From: a virus
Lineage: Duplodnaviria; Caudoviricetes
IMG/VR virus record: IMGVR_UViG_3300035661_000005
Strand: one strand, 5' to 3'
Length of the DNA stretch: 64,000 nt
Shown here: positions 37,098 to 49,000 of the stretch, one piece after another
How the letters are laid out: the number at the start of each line of letters is the position of its first letter
Position numbering within the stretch: position 1 is the stretch's first letter
The notes under the pieces: generated by a model
The model's input: only the letters and a program-made list of their open reading frames with translations
What the model was told of the DNA's origin: nothing
Database searches by the model: none
Translations under genes and position numbers: made by a program

Positions 37098-40000
37098 ATG
37101 CCTCGGGGACCGTTTCAGGGAACGTGGCAGCAGGGTGTGCGGCCGACCGTCACGATGGCGCCGGACGCCCTGGTCTACATCAACGGGCAGACGGAGATCA
37201 TCGGTTGCCCCAGCTGCAACCGGACCTTCGATATCCACAAGTACCTGACGAGCGTCCAGGTCGACCTCAACATCGACGGCCCTGGGAGCGGTTCGGCCAG
37301 CCTCAGCCTCTCAGTGCCCCGGCACGCAATCGAGGACTTCTACTTCGAGGGTGTCCCCGTCATTCAGCCGATGATGGAGGTGGAGATCTTCGCCAAGGGC
37401 TACTTCCTTGTCGAGGGGGTTCCACAGTACTACCCGATCTTCTGGGGCCTCGTGACGGAGGTCGACGATGGCTACTCCAGCGGCGAGCAGACGATTAATA
37501 TCAACTGCGCGGACATCCTGAAGTGGTGGGAGCTGTGCAAGATGAACGTGAACGCGGCCTTCACGGCCGCGACCGGGCAGATGGGGCGATCCATCTTCGG
37601 CAACGTCTTCTTCGGTACGAACCCCTACGACGTCATCTGGTCGCTGGCCCAGTCGGCGATGGGGGACGTGGTTCGCGGTGCGGGGTCGCTCACGAGCATG
37701 TCCAAGGAGAGCACGCAGACCGACACCTTCATGCGGGTCAATGGCGACATGGCCCTCTATTGGACCCAGCGCTTCAGCCGCATCACGAACAACCTGCTGC
37801 TCTATGGGGTCAACGGACAGGTCATCCGGGGCGACTCCCTCATGGCCACGTACAAGCAGGGCAAGGGGAGCCTCGACAAGATCGCCTCCCGTGCGGTGCA
37901 ACAGGCGAACGGTGGCCCAGAGAACGGGCAGGCGGTCTTCGACCCGACCAGCAGCCAGGTCGTGGCGTTCAAGACCCAGTTCGGTCAGGCGGGTCAGGTC
38001 AATTTCTGGCAATCCGAATACCAGTCGAAGCTGGAGCTAGCCAACTCCGCGAAGGAGGCGATCGGCTTCGAATTCTACATGGACGTCGATGGCTCCATCG
38101 TCTTCAAGCCGCCCTTCTACAACCTCGACACGCTGCCCAACAAGCCCGTCTCGTGGATTCAGGACATCGACATCATCGACTGGAATTTCTCAGAGTCCGA
38201 GGCCGAGGTCATCACGCAGGTGCAGATGTCCGGCAGCTTCGGTGGCAACATCGACTACTCGATGCCCGCCGACGTGGAGCCCCAGACGTCCGTCACGGAC
38301 TACCACCTGCTCTTGAAGTACGGCTGGCGCACCAAGCCGGTCAACTCCGAGTTCCTCGGCGACCCGATGCTGATGTTCTATCATGGGTTGGACATCCTCG
38401 ATGTCACCAACTCGAAGAGGCATCGCGGCACCGTCACGATCCCCTGCCGTCCTGAGCTGCGCCTAGGGTTCCCGATCTACGTCGCACCCAAGGACCAGAT
38501 GTGGTACGTGTCGGGCATCAGCCACAACATCTCGTTCGGTGGCCGAGCGACAACGACCCTCACTCTCACGGCACGCCGGGGCAAGTTCTTCGCGCCAAAG
38601 GGTATCGGGCAGCTCATTCTTGATAGCGTCACCGAGAAGAACAAACCTGGGACGGCGAACAACACAAGCACGGCCGGGACGTCTGGGGTGCAGTCGTCCT
38701 CGACGTACAAGTGGTCTTCTCGTCAGCTGGCGAAGGGTGGCAAGTTCACCCTGAAGGTCGGGGAGGCGGCGCAGATGCCGCCCAACCTCGAAGCGATGTC
38801 GAAGCCCGTCGACTCGAACCCTTACGCCCCCCTGGTGCTCCGTCACCCGCGGACGGGGCGGGCTGTGGGGTACCCGAACGTCGTCATGGCGTACACCCGG
38901 CCCTTCACGCCTGCGCCAGACGACCTCAAGCAGCAGGTCGGCCAAGGCGGCAAGACCAAAGCGTTCATCTCCAAGGACAAGCAGAAGGAAGTCGGGGACC
39001 GAGACAAGGCAAATGACCAGTATTTGAAGCAGTTGGAGGTCCAGCTGGCCGACGAGGTGCGGTCCAAGTACATGCAGAACCGCTACCAGTACGGCCTCAA
39101 CTCGGCAGGCGTGTTCACCTACCTTCACGATACGAAGAAGGTGATCGCCGAGGTGCTCCTGGCACCCACGACCAACTTCACGATGAAGGATGCTAACGGC
39201 GCACCCGCCAAGCTCCTTCAAGGGGAGCACTCGATGGTCCGGCCGGTCAGCGATGATCGTGGCTTCGAGGTCATTGGTCACTTCCGGTACGGCCGTGGGC
39301 TACAGCTACGGGACGGGCGTCTCGTTCGGACGGATGAGGCCAACGCACCCGCCCAGATCTCGGTCCAAACGGCGTTGTCAGGAGACCTCTACGCGACGCT
39401 CGCCGCTCAGTCTCAGGGTCTCACGACCCTGTCGACGTCGTATCCGAACCCCGCAGCGTCCCTCGCGAACCTCGCTCCGGATCCCGATCTTCAAACGGCG
39501 GGGATTATCAACGACAAGGGGCAGCCCGAGTTCGTGGACAGCGCGCCCAACTTCGTCGACACCGCGCCTCTGGGTTCCCCCGAGCGGGCGAAGTTCCCTA
39601 CGTCCGTGGAGGCTAGCCAGCTGAGCAAGGCCCTAACCCTGGCTGAGATGACCGTGAAGATGGATGGTGCGACGGGCTCCGACACCTGTGGGTGCATCCT
39701 CGGTCGACCCGATCTTGCCTTCCTCGCCTCGGGTTACCAGGTCCAGCTGACGGATACGACGGCCGGAACGACGCCCGACGCCTCGACACTCTTCGATCAG
39801 TACTCGACCTTCTCCACGACGGACCGCGCCGCGGGGGTCGCTGTCATCGGCGGCTCCGAGGATCTTGGCCGAGCGCAAGGCGGCGGGTCGACGACGGGCG
39901 GGGCTCGGCCTGTCGCTCCGTCCCTCGCATCGTCCGCGTCATCGCCGGAGGAGATGGCCAGCAAGATCAACCAGATCCTCTTCGACCTCTACCAGGTGCT

Positions 40001-40268
40001 CGACACGCCCCACCAGCAGTGGGAAGAGGCGCTCCGGGGCGCCAACGTCCCGCCGGATCCACGGAGCACGGAGGACATCATGTTCGGGCAGCCGACGGAC
40101 CAGCCGGTGAGCCCGCTGTCGCCTCCCTACTCGGCGCCAGATCGTTTCGCGGTCGGGGATCCCAACGCCATCGCTGAGATGGGCCAGTCGAACAAGGCCA
40201 ACCTGACCCAAAGCTGGACGGACTTCAGCAAGAACCTGAAGGCGGCTGCGAAGCCGAAGACGCCATGA
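37098..40268 (+). CDS. Baseplate hub protein (T4 gp27/P2 D-like)
   Basis: SVQVDLNIDG.GSGSASLSLS...IFWGLVTEV...INCADILKWW; FEFYMDVDGSIVFKPP; GTVTIPCRPELRLGFPIY...WYVSGISHNISFGG. Confidence 0.75.
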   Translation: MPRGPFQGTWQQGVRPTVTMAPDALVYINGQTEIIGCPSCNRTFDIHKYLTSVQVDLNIDGPGSGSASLSLSVPRHAIEDFYFEGVPVIQPMMEVEIFAKGYFLVEGVPQYYPIFWGLVTEVDDGYSSGEQTININCADILKWWELCKMNVNAAFTAATGQMGRSIFGNVFFGTNPYDVIWSLAQSAMGDVVRGAGSLTSMSKESTQTDTFMRVNGDMALYWTQRFSRITNNLLLYGVNGQVIRGDSLMATYKQGKGSLDKIASRAVQQANGGPENGQAVFDPTSSQVVAFKTQFGQAGQVNFWQSEYQSKLELANSAKEAIGFEFYMDVDGSIVFKPPFYNLDTLPNKPVSWIQDIDIIDWNFSESEAEVITQVQMSGSFGGNIDYSMPADVEPQTSVTDYHLLLKYGWRTKPVNSEFLGDPMLMFYHGLDILDVTNSKRHRGTVTIPCRPELRLGFPIYVAPKDQMWYVSGISHNISFGGRATTTLTLTARRGKFFAPKGIGQLILDSVTEKNKPGTANNTSTAGTSGVQSSSTYKWSSRQLAKGGKFTLKVGEAAQMPPNLEAMSKPVDSNPYAPLVLRHPRTGRAVGYPNVVMAYTRPFTPAPDDLKQQVGQGGKTKAFISKDKQKEVGDRDKANDQYLKQLEVQLADEVRSKYMQNRYQYGLNSAGVFTYLHDTKKVIAEVLLAPTTNFTMKDANGAPAKLLQGEHSMVRPVSDDRGFEVIGHFRYGRGLQLRDGRLVRTDEANAPAQISVQTALSGDLYATLAAQSQGLTTLSTSYPNPAASLANLAPDPDLQTAGIINDKGQPEFVDSAPNFVDTAPLGSPERAKFPTSVEASQLSKALTLAEMTVKMDGATGSDTCGCILGRPDLAFLASGYQVQLTDTTAGTTPDASTLFDQYSTFSTTDRAAGVAVIGGSEDLGRAQGGGSTTGGARPVAPSLASSASSPEEMASKINQILFDLYQVLDTPHQQWEEALRGANVPPDPRSTEDIMFGQPTDQPVSPLSPPYSAPDRFAVGDPNAIAEMGQSNKANLTQSWTDFSKNLKAAAKPKTP

Positions 40269-42442
40269 TTGGACCCGGCGACTTCATTCCCAAGCACCCG
40301 AAGGGCTACACGCCCGGCAAGGGCTTCACCGATCAGCCGGAGGGTCTTCGTGTAGGCATCATCGAGCGCGTCGATGAGATCAACATGAAGGCGGACGTGA
40401 AGATCCTGACCGGCGGCGGGCGCCGTTCGGAGCTGGATCTCACGCAAGCGCTGTCCGGTCCACGCTCCTTCTGGGGCGGCGTTCCCGAAGTCGGGGCGGT
40501 GGTCGTCATCGGCTACAGGATGAAGCAAAAGCAGATCGCTGAAGCCGTCATCCTGGGGTACATGAATGTCGGCAACCGGAGCGGCCTTCGGTTCGACCCT
40601 TTCGCTCCGAGCGACCCGAATGCCATCGATCCAGCGGATGCGGATGAGTACGAGGCGCAGTTCGGCAAGCCCTACCGTACCAAGAGGCTCAAGCTCCGGC
40701 CGGGCGACGTGGGTGGTATGTCGTCCAGCGGGTCCGAGCTGGTCCTTTCGAAGAGCCTCCGAATGTGCAACCGGGCGGGCGACCTCTTCGAGCTGCGGGA
40801 CGACGAGCGTACGGTCGTCTCTCAGTCGATCCACCGGATCGAGAGCGACTCCGGGGTCAAGCGCATCTCCGGTCCCGTTCGCCGGCAGGTCTTTTACATC
40901 CCGCCCGATGTGCTCTCCGGTCCCCATCAGCTGAAGGACCAGCCGGACTACTACGGCCGGGACGAGCTGCAGGCGGCGGGGCCGGGGATCCCGGGATCCA
41001 ACACCAAGTGGGCGAGCAGCTCGGGCAAGCTGCTGGACATCTTCAACAACGGCACGGTGTACCCGCCTGTCACCTACGCAAGCGGGAAGCAGGTCTTCTA
41101 CCCGTCCACGATCGTAGGCTCGACCCTGGAGCCCGAGAATCCGGATGATGGTGTAGGCGGGGCCTTCACCGAGGATCGCCTGGAATTGAGCCACGACACG
41201 GATCTCACCCAGGAGGTCTGCGTCGAGATCGATGGCTTCCAGGTCGACCGCCGGAAGGCCTTCATCGAGCGCGTTCTCGGGACCGTGGTCGGGAACGACC
41301 CCAACTCCACGCAGGGGATCCGGCAGTACGGCAAGGTGCTCCGACCGCAGCTGTGGACATCGGCGCTTTCGGACACCCAAGGGAAGTTCACCTTGGAGGA
41401 GTGCGAGCGCAAGCCGGGGGAGGACGACAAGGAGTCCCGGACGTCAGCAGGGGCAGTCCTGCTCAGGGTCTACAACCCTGACGGGCCGGATGAGGACAAT
41501 CCCTTTGCCTTCGCTGTGCAGAAGCAGGGGAAGGTGCTTCTGAACGTCCCCAAGCCGAGCGTCGAGCGCTACCCGGATGCCAAGGGCATCTCCGTGGAGG
41601 CGAATCTCCTGGGCGCTCTCAAGATGTTCGTTGGGGCGATGCAGCCCTCGAACACGAGCATTCACGCAACCCTGGCTGGCGGGATCAAGGCGCGCGTCGG
41701 TCACAACACGGACACCGGGAACGCGGTCGACGTCTCCTTCGGTTCGCCGGTCTTCGCCTCCTATGACGGGGCAGGGAATGCAGATGGGGTCGGCAAGTCC
41801 GACTCCATCTCCGGGCACTACCAGCTCGCCACCTCCGGGGACATCCAGGAGACCGTCCAGGGGGCGATGAACACAACGGTCAACGGCGGCTACTTCATGC
41901 AAGCCGACCGGGCTGTGGTGAATGCGCATTCGGGGTACAGCCTGAACGCAGGTGAGCTGAACATGCTCATCTCGGGCAAGAGCCAGCGCAACTACGCCCA
42001 AGCGGTCATCGAGACGATCGTCTCCGGGGGCCTCCAGCGGACCATCCTGGCCGGCGGCGCCGTGGAAACCATCCTGGCCGGCGGGAAGACGGTCAGCGTC
42101 GCAGCGGGTGCCACGGCCTTCTCGAACCCCGCTGGCGCGTTTTCAGTGACGGTGGGGGCCGGTGCCCTATCCCTAACGACGGCAAGCGGAGCGCTGACCC
42201 TGGCGGCTTCCGCAGGGGCCGTTTCGATGACGTCGGGGACCGCCATGACCCTGACCGCCGGTGGCCTCCTTTCCATCACCGCCCCCTCCACGGTGATCTC
42301 GTCCGCCAACCTTCAGCTCGGCGACGCTACAGGCAACCTCGGCGTGGTCCGGGGTACTCCGGCACTACCGCCCGGAGCCCCCTCCTTGGACTACCTGACG
42401 GGCCTACCCCTGCTCGGGTCCGCACTTGTGCGGTCTGTCTGA
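40265..42442 (+). CDS. Baseplate central spike (gp5/gpV-like)
   Basis: N-terminal OB-fold pattern GIIERVDE..MKADV...GGVPEVGAVVVIGY; C-terminal Gly/Thr/Ser 8-residue beta-helix repeats. Confidence 0.75.
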   Translation: MIGPGDFIPKHPKGYTPGKGFTDQPEGLRVGIIERVDEINMKADVKILTGGGRRSELDLTQALSGPRSFWGGVPEVGAVVVIGYRMKQKQIAEAVILGYMNVGNRSGLRFDPFAPSDPNAIDPADADEYEAQFGKPYRTKRLKLRPGDVGGMSSSGSELVLSKSLRMCNRAGDLFELRDDERTVVSQSIHRIESDSGVKRISGPVRRQVFYIPPDVLSGPHQLKDQPDYYGRDELQAAGPGIPGSNTKWASSSGKLLDIFNNGTVYPPVTYASGKQVFYPSTIVGSTLEPENPDDGVGGAFTEDRLELSHDTDLTQEVCVEIDGFQVDRRKAFIERVLGTVVGNDPNSTQGIRQYGKVLRPQLWTSALSDTQGKFTLEECERKPGEDDKESRTSAGAVLLRVYNPDGPDEDNPFAFAVQKQGKVLLNVPKPSVERYPDAKGISVEANLLGALKMFVGAMQPSNTSIHATLAGGIKARVGHNTDTGNAVDVSFGSPVFASYDGAGNADGVGKSDSISGHYQLATSGDIQETVQGAMNTTVNGGYFMQADRAVVNAHSGYSLNAGELNMLISGKSQRNYAQAVIETIVSGGLQRTILAGGAVETILAGGKTVSVAAGATAFSNPAGAFSVTVGAGALSLTTASGALTLAASAGAVSMTSGTAMTLTAGGLLSITAPSTVISSANLQLGDATGNLGVVRGTPALPPGAPSLDYLTGLPLLGSALVRSV

Positions 42443-43011
42443 TGCCGATCCTCCCCATCTCCCTCACCCAGACTCTCGTCACGAGTCTGGCCGCTGTGGG
42501 AGACGTGGGTACGGGTGCGCCTCAGTTCGCTCGTGGGGTGGCCAACGGAGTCAGCACGTGGGCCGGCAAGGCGATGACTTTCGTGACGGGGGCTGGGACG
42601 ATTGGGACGGGGGTCGTCTCCACGCCGCTCGTGATTCCATCCCAGCTGCTCATCGCGAACATGCTGCCGAGTTTTGCTAGGGCAGGGATCTTGGGCGTCA
42701 TGGCTCAGCCGACGGTCGTTGGCCTGTGCAACGGCCTCGCCCTGGGCTTCTCTCAGGGCGTGATCTTCGCCACAATTCCGGGCGTTGGCTCAGGTGCGGG
42801 GGTCGCGAAGATCACCGGCCCGCTGGTCGTCCCGGAGATGGTCGCAGGTTTTGCCGAGGCTGGAGTCTCCGGCTCTTTCGGGTCTAAGCTCGCTACGGCC
42901 ATCGGGATCGGGCTGCAGCAGGCGTTCGCGGTTTTTTCAATGCCCGTCCCGATTGTAGGCCCCTCTGGTTCGGCCCCGGGTTCGGGGGCGGCTACGGGCA
43001 AGATCGTATGA
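42442..43011 (+). CDS. Gly-rich three-repeat protein, candidate spike tip
   Basis: Directly after the spike (TGATG); three ~60-aa internal repeats. Confidence 0.55.
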   Translation: MPILPISLTQTLVTSLAAVGDVGTGAPQFARGVANGVSTWAGKAMTFVTGAGTIGTGVVSTPLVIPSQLLIANMLPSFARAGILGVMAQPTVVGLCNGLALGFSQGVIFATIPGVGSGAGVAKITGPLVVPEMVAGFAEAGVSGSFGSKLATAIGIGLQQAFAVFSMPVPIVGPSGSAPGSGAATGKIV

Positions 43012-43024
43012 GAGGGAAGATGAC

Positions 43025-46000
43025 ATGGGATTCTCTGCCAAAGGGTACGTCCTGGAGCCCCCGCGTGTAGGTGCGGCCAACTCTCCCTACACGTGCTCTC
43101 CAGCCACGGTGATCCTGAACCAGGCGGCGTACGACGCAGCCTACCCCTCTGGGTCCGAGCCTACGCCCCGGGTCGAGTACTTCGTCCTCGCCATGACGGA
43201 TGGGGCGCTGGTGGACGCGACCTTCGGCTGGTCGAAGAACGAGGTCATCTCCCGCTTCACGTACGATGGCCGCAACCAGCGCTTCAAGCTCCTCGCAGGC
43301 GGCCCGCTGTCAGAGGTCGGGAGGCTCGATTCGTCGAACCCCTCCACGCAGCAGCTGAAGGTCATTCCGCCGACGAGCGCAGCCCTCGCCGCCGCGCCCT
43401 ATCGACTCTCCGTGGGTACCGGGAGCGGGCAGACGTTCAACGTCAACGTCGTCGGTGCCTTCGGGGCGCCCCCGGTCGGGACGGTCGAGGTCAACAGCAG
43501 CACGGGCGCCCTCAATTGGAACGCGGCCGACATCGCCACCTACAACGGCCAGGCGGTTCGCTGGCAGCGGCAGCAGTTCTTCACGGATGATGAGAGCAGC
43601 GGGCGTTTGGGCCTCGTCACGGAGCCTCTCCTCCTAAACCCCCTACCGGCGACGGGCCAGCATCCAATGCTGCGCCTCGGGTATGGCCTCTGGCTTCAGA
43701 CGATCGAGGTTCCCACGGACGCTTCCCTGGCGCCTCTTCCCGCGGCGGGTGCCGTCAAGTGGAGCCGACTCACGGGCCGTCTCGCCTTCAGCGCAGCGGA
43801 CACCGCAACGGGAGAGCCCGTCTACTACGACGGTGTCCTGTTCGCCCGGGACCAGCAGCTACCGCGGCAGTCGCTCAACACGGTGGCATCTCCGTCTACG
43901 ATCTCGGTTCTACCCCCGATCGGTGGCGACCTGATCTTCCGTGTCCCTGGGCATCAATTTGCTTCCTATGTTCGCCTCGACCCCTCAGCCCCGTTCAGCA
44001 GCCCGGGGACGATCGACGTCGTGGAGGTCAGGCCGTCTGGATCGACGGGCAGCGTTCACTTCTCGTCGTTCGATCAAGCGCTCTACGCGAGCTATCCGGT
44101 CGAGGTCATCTTCGGCGACCTCCCCCTCGAACGGGGGATCGGCTTCAGGTTGTTCCGCAGCCTGGTCAACCCGTCCGCTGACCCTGCCTTGAAGGACGTC
44201 TCGGTATTCTACCCCGTCCTGAATGCCACGCTGGCCAGCCCGATCCTTTCAGCACCCCAGGTCTTCCTGCCGGCCCTACCGATCGACGCCGGGGCCTACC
44301 CGGTCACGGTTCATGTGGAGCAGGGGACGGGTACATGGACAGGGCCGCTTCCCAGGCTTGATGGGGCCAGCCCACCGGCGGGAGTCGGTTACGTCATCGA
44401 CTTCGACAAGCAGGTGCTTCAGTTTGCAAATCGGAGGGTCAACGACACCCAGATCGTCCCATCGGCGACGGGTACGATGGCCCTCTCTGCCCCGCTCGTC
44501 CTCGGCACCAACTACGCGTTCGCCGCAGAGGTCGCTCCTGGGTCGGGGGTCTACCGCAGCCTGGTCGTAGGCCAGGACGTCATCCTGGACCCCACGCCGG
44601 GCCTTCTGACGTTCTCAGCGACGTCTGGGGGTATCGTGACGACGGGCCTCTCAGGTTCGTTCAGCGGGACGACCTTCAAGGACACCTCCAACGGGACGCC
44701 CCTCCAGGTCGGGGACTACTTGATCGTGACATCCGGTGCAGCCCGGGGGGTCTACAAGGTTGCCACGGGTGGCGCCCTCAGTGCGGGCGTCCATACGGAT
44801 GTGGCGGGGGTTACGAGCGGCAACCTGGTGTACGAGGTCCGGCGAAATCCCGAGGTCGTGATCGATCGGTACTGGCAGGAGCTGCTCCTGGTCGATCCGA
44901 ACACCGTGGTTTCCCGTATCCGCAAGCTCGGGACGGCAACCGCTCCTGCGACGATCACCAGTGGAACGGGGACCTTTGATGACGACACGACGATGTCGTC
45001 CGGGGTCAACTTCGTCGCTGCGGGTGTTCAGGCGGGGGACACCCTGCAGATGACGACCGGCCCGGATGCGGGGAGCTTCCGGACGATCACCGTCGTTGAT
45101 GCGCATCTGGTGCAGGTCGCAACGCCCTTCACCTCGTACGCAGGGGCGAGCTTCCAGATCATTCGGCGTCTACGGCTTCCCACCATGACCGGGATGCACG
45201 CCGTCCGCCTCGGGCAGAGCTTCTCTACGCCCCTGCTCCCCGTCAACACGGACGCGGACTTCGGTGTGCTGGCGCCAGGGATGGTCCAGGTCAGCCTGGC
45301 TACGGGCAACCTGAACTTCAGCACCAGCGATTTCGGGCAACAAGTCTACTCGGTTCAGAACCTCACGCAGGGGCGGGACTACAAGCTCCAGCCGGCCCTG
45401 GGCTTCATCGAATTCACCGAGCGCTTCATGGCGGGGGACGAGGGGCTCGTCACTTACATCCCGGTCGACTCGTCAGGGAACGTCGGCACGATCACGCAGG
45501 AGCGCCTGACCTTCTTGGTCCGCAAGGAGGTTACCCAGCCGTACCCGCGTCCGGCGATCACCTCGACCGTCTACTTCAATCCGCTCGGGCGTACGGTGGC
45601 CAGCAACCCGGCACCGGAGGTCTTCCGTGGCGGGCGTCCGCAGACGATCCCCACCCAGTGCGTGGTCAATGTGACCACCTCGGCGGTCATCTTCGAGCCC
45701 GACACCGTGCCGATGACTGATGCCCTGCCACACGGGGCGGGCCTTGGAACGGACGAACGCGTCTACGTGGACTATTACGTATACGAGGCCATCGGCGGGG
45801 AGAAGAGCGTCAACCTGCTCAACGCGATGCAGGTCTCGAACGTCAGCATCGTCGGTGGCTCCCCGACGCTCACCCTGGCTGGCAACCAGACGGGGATCAT
45901 CAAGGCGGGCCAGCTACTTCGGATCGAGCACCAGGAGGCGTACAGCATCGCCTCCTCGGTCTTCCTCTCCGGCACCAACGAGACCTTGGTGACGCTCGCT

Positions 46001-49000
46001 CCCGGGGCGACGTTCTCGGACGACTTCACCAATCCGAAGCTCTACGTGACGTCGGGGACCGTCAGCCCGGCCTACTTCCGCACGGAGACGCAACCCTACC
46101 AGGCGGTTGCTCGGGGGATGAGCATCATCCGGGTCTACGGAGACCGCACGGCTAGCTACCAGTCGGGCACGGTGCTCCGTTTCTCGATCGGCTCGCAGTC
46201 CGATGTCTACTTGGTTTCCGGGTCCAGGCTGAAGGACGGTTGGACCGAAATCACCCTGACGGCCAACACGCGCCAGCAGTACACGTCCCTCACGCACACC
46301 ATACAGGGGAGTGTACGCCCCATCCTAGAGGATGGGGCAACGTCCGCGACGACGAGCAAGACGCCGATCCTGACGGAAGCCTACGGGGTCATCCGCAAGG
46401 CGGAGGGTGCGGTCGGGCAGCTGGTCATGACGGGGCCGCCCACGCCGAAAATCCAGGGGTACAGCCTAGATGCCTCGGGCGTCCTGACCTTCAGCCCGAC
46501 CCTGAGCGGGGCGGAGGAGCTGGTCGTCTACTACACGGGGCACCAGGAGCTGCGTGCGGGAACGACCGTTCGATCGACCTACACCCACGCCATCGTTCCG
46601 GACGCAACCAACGGTATCGCGGGGCAGAACCTCACGATGGATTACACGGTCTTCGGGCCGGATACGTTCATCTTCCGGGTCGAGACGCTCACCAACTTCT
46701 CCGCCGAGGTCATGGCCTACTTCCGGGCCCAGGCGCAGAGCAGCTCGCCCGGCGGCGGGCCGATCACGTCGAACGCGGCCTCGCCCAAGCTCTACGAGCA
46801 GGGCCAGCCCTCGGCCTACTTTTCAGAGGGGCATCTTCACAACCAGGACTGGGTCGCCCAGCTGTATCTGAAGTACGCCAACGACTCTGTGAATCACCTG
46901 GAGGACGTCCTTCAGAGCCTCGATGGCCGCATCGTGGGGGCGGACCAGGGTCGCTTCCGCTACGACGGCAAGTGGGGCAACCCTGCTCGGACGAGCTACT
47001 CAGCGGTGACCAACGAGATCGACGACTCGTTCAAGGTCTCGAACTACCCGTACACGTTCACCTGGCCACCTCTGGCGATCACGTGGGTAGGCACCTACCA
47101 GCAGCTCTATCAGCCGGGGCCGCAGTCGCGGTTCTACCCGACCTTCCGTTCGGCGCTCTTCGGCATCACGACCGCCGGGAGGGACACGGATGCGAATAGC
47201 GGGGACGCGATCTCCGACCTGCGTTGGAAGAACCTGACGGACTTGCCGCCAACCACCCACCGGCGACTCCCCCGTGCCCAGGTGACGAAGCGTGCTGAGG
47301 TGGGCGATGGCACGATCTACGTGGATAATGCGAACGGTACCCAGGATTTGTACCGTCCGGCCTTTGCCGTGGGGATGGCGGTCGTCATCCAGCAGCAGGA
47401 TGGGACGCACGTCGTTCCGGACACTGCACCCCTGACGATCACCGGGGTCCTATCGTCGCCGGAGAGAATCCAGGTCGGAGCGCTCCCCGTAGCCGTTCCG
47501 ATCGGATCCACCGTCTATCTCTGCACGACGGGGGCGACGCCCGACACGGTGTACGCGAAGAACTACCGTACGGGGACCGACATCGCGGTCAACAAGGACG
47601 AGGGGAAGCTCGTCTACATCAAGCCCTACCCACCCCTCGATGGCTCCGTCCCGGCGATTCCCGCTGACTTGCGGATCAAGCCGCCCAACTCGGAGGAATT
47701 CCTCCAGCTCGATGGGGTAGGTGTGCAGAGCCTCGCCAGGGCCCCGTATCGCTTCCCCGCGCTCGATGGCAAGGCGCTGAACGACGTGGGGGACACGGGA
47801 CTCCCCATGCAGATCCGCTCCTACACGTGCGAGCAGGTCTACCTGGAGGCCGAGCAGGAGATCCTGACGACGCTCTTGGCGGCTACGCCCTCGAACGTGG
47901 TCACCGGGGCGTCCCTCGACTTGCTCCTGACGACGATCACGGTTCCGAGCGCGTGGGTGTCCCCCGTCCCGCGGGTCCACGACCTCGTGCGCTTCACGAC
48001 TGGTGTCAACAGCACGGCCGGGTTCCGGCGCATCGTTTCCGTGGGGGCTAGTTCGATCACGGTCGATCATCCATTCCCAGTAGCGACCATCTCCGACAGC
48101 ATCCTGGTGACTGCCAGCCCGGATGTGGCGACGGGCACGGCGACCTTCCCCTCGGCACTTATCCTGGATGACCCCGCGCTGAGCGCTGGGATCGAGGTCG
48201 GGCATACGATCATCCTCACGTCGGGCCTGAACGTCGGGACTCGTAGGCAGGTCGTTCGGCGCTTGTCTACGACGCAGCTCCAGCTTGACCATGCCGTCCC
48301 GTCTCCGATGTTTGGTGGGGCCTACCGGGTCTCGAACCATGTGGCTACGAACAGCACGGCGGAAGGGCTGAGCGTCCAGGGGCGCGGACAGATCAACAAC
48401 ACCTACTTCAACGATCACATCCTGGATCCCAGCGTGGTCGACTCGGAGATCTCGGCGGTCCTTCGCTATCTCGACGGCGACCCTGTGGACGTGTCGAACG
48501 AGGGCGTCCTGACGGACATCCTCTCGCCCGGCACGCAGACCGGGACGGTCTCCGGCAACACGCTGATGGGCAGCACGGACTTCATCGCAGCGGGTGTCTC
48601 GGCTGCGCACTACGTCTACATCCAGACGGGGGCCAGCCGTGGGGTGTACCCGGTCGCTACAGTGACCTCGGCAGTGCAGCTGACGGTGGTCGGTTCGTTC
48701 CCAATCAGTGGGCCGGTCCTGTACCGCATCGTGAGCACGTACAACCTATCGCGGGACGGATTCACCGACCTCTTCAGTATCTACGCAGCGGCCGACGACT
48801 GGACTACCGCCACGATGACCTGGCTCGTGGCGGTGATGGCCAGCATGCCGGTCTACGTGAGTTCGGGTCTGGACCCGAACATCTACGCGAACCCGCTCCT
48901 TACGCCCATGGTGACGAACCGCAAGCTGGCCCTAGATGCGCGGGTCGCTTCGGTGGCTGATCTAGCATCGGGGCCAATCGCCCTTGTGCAGAAGATCCTG

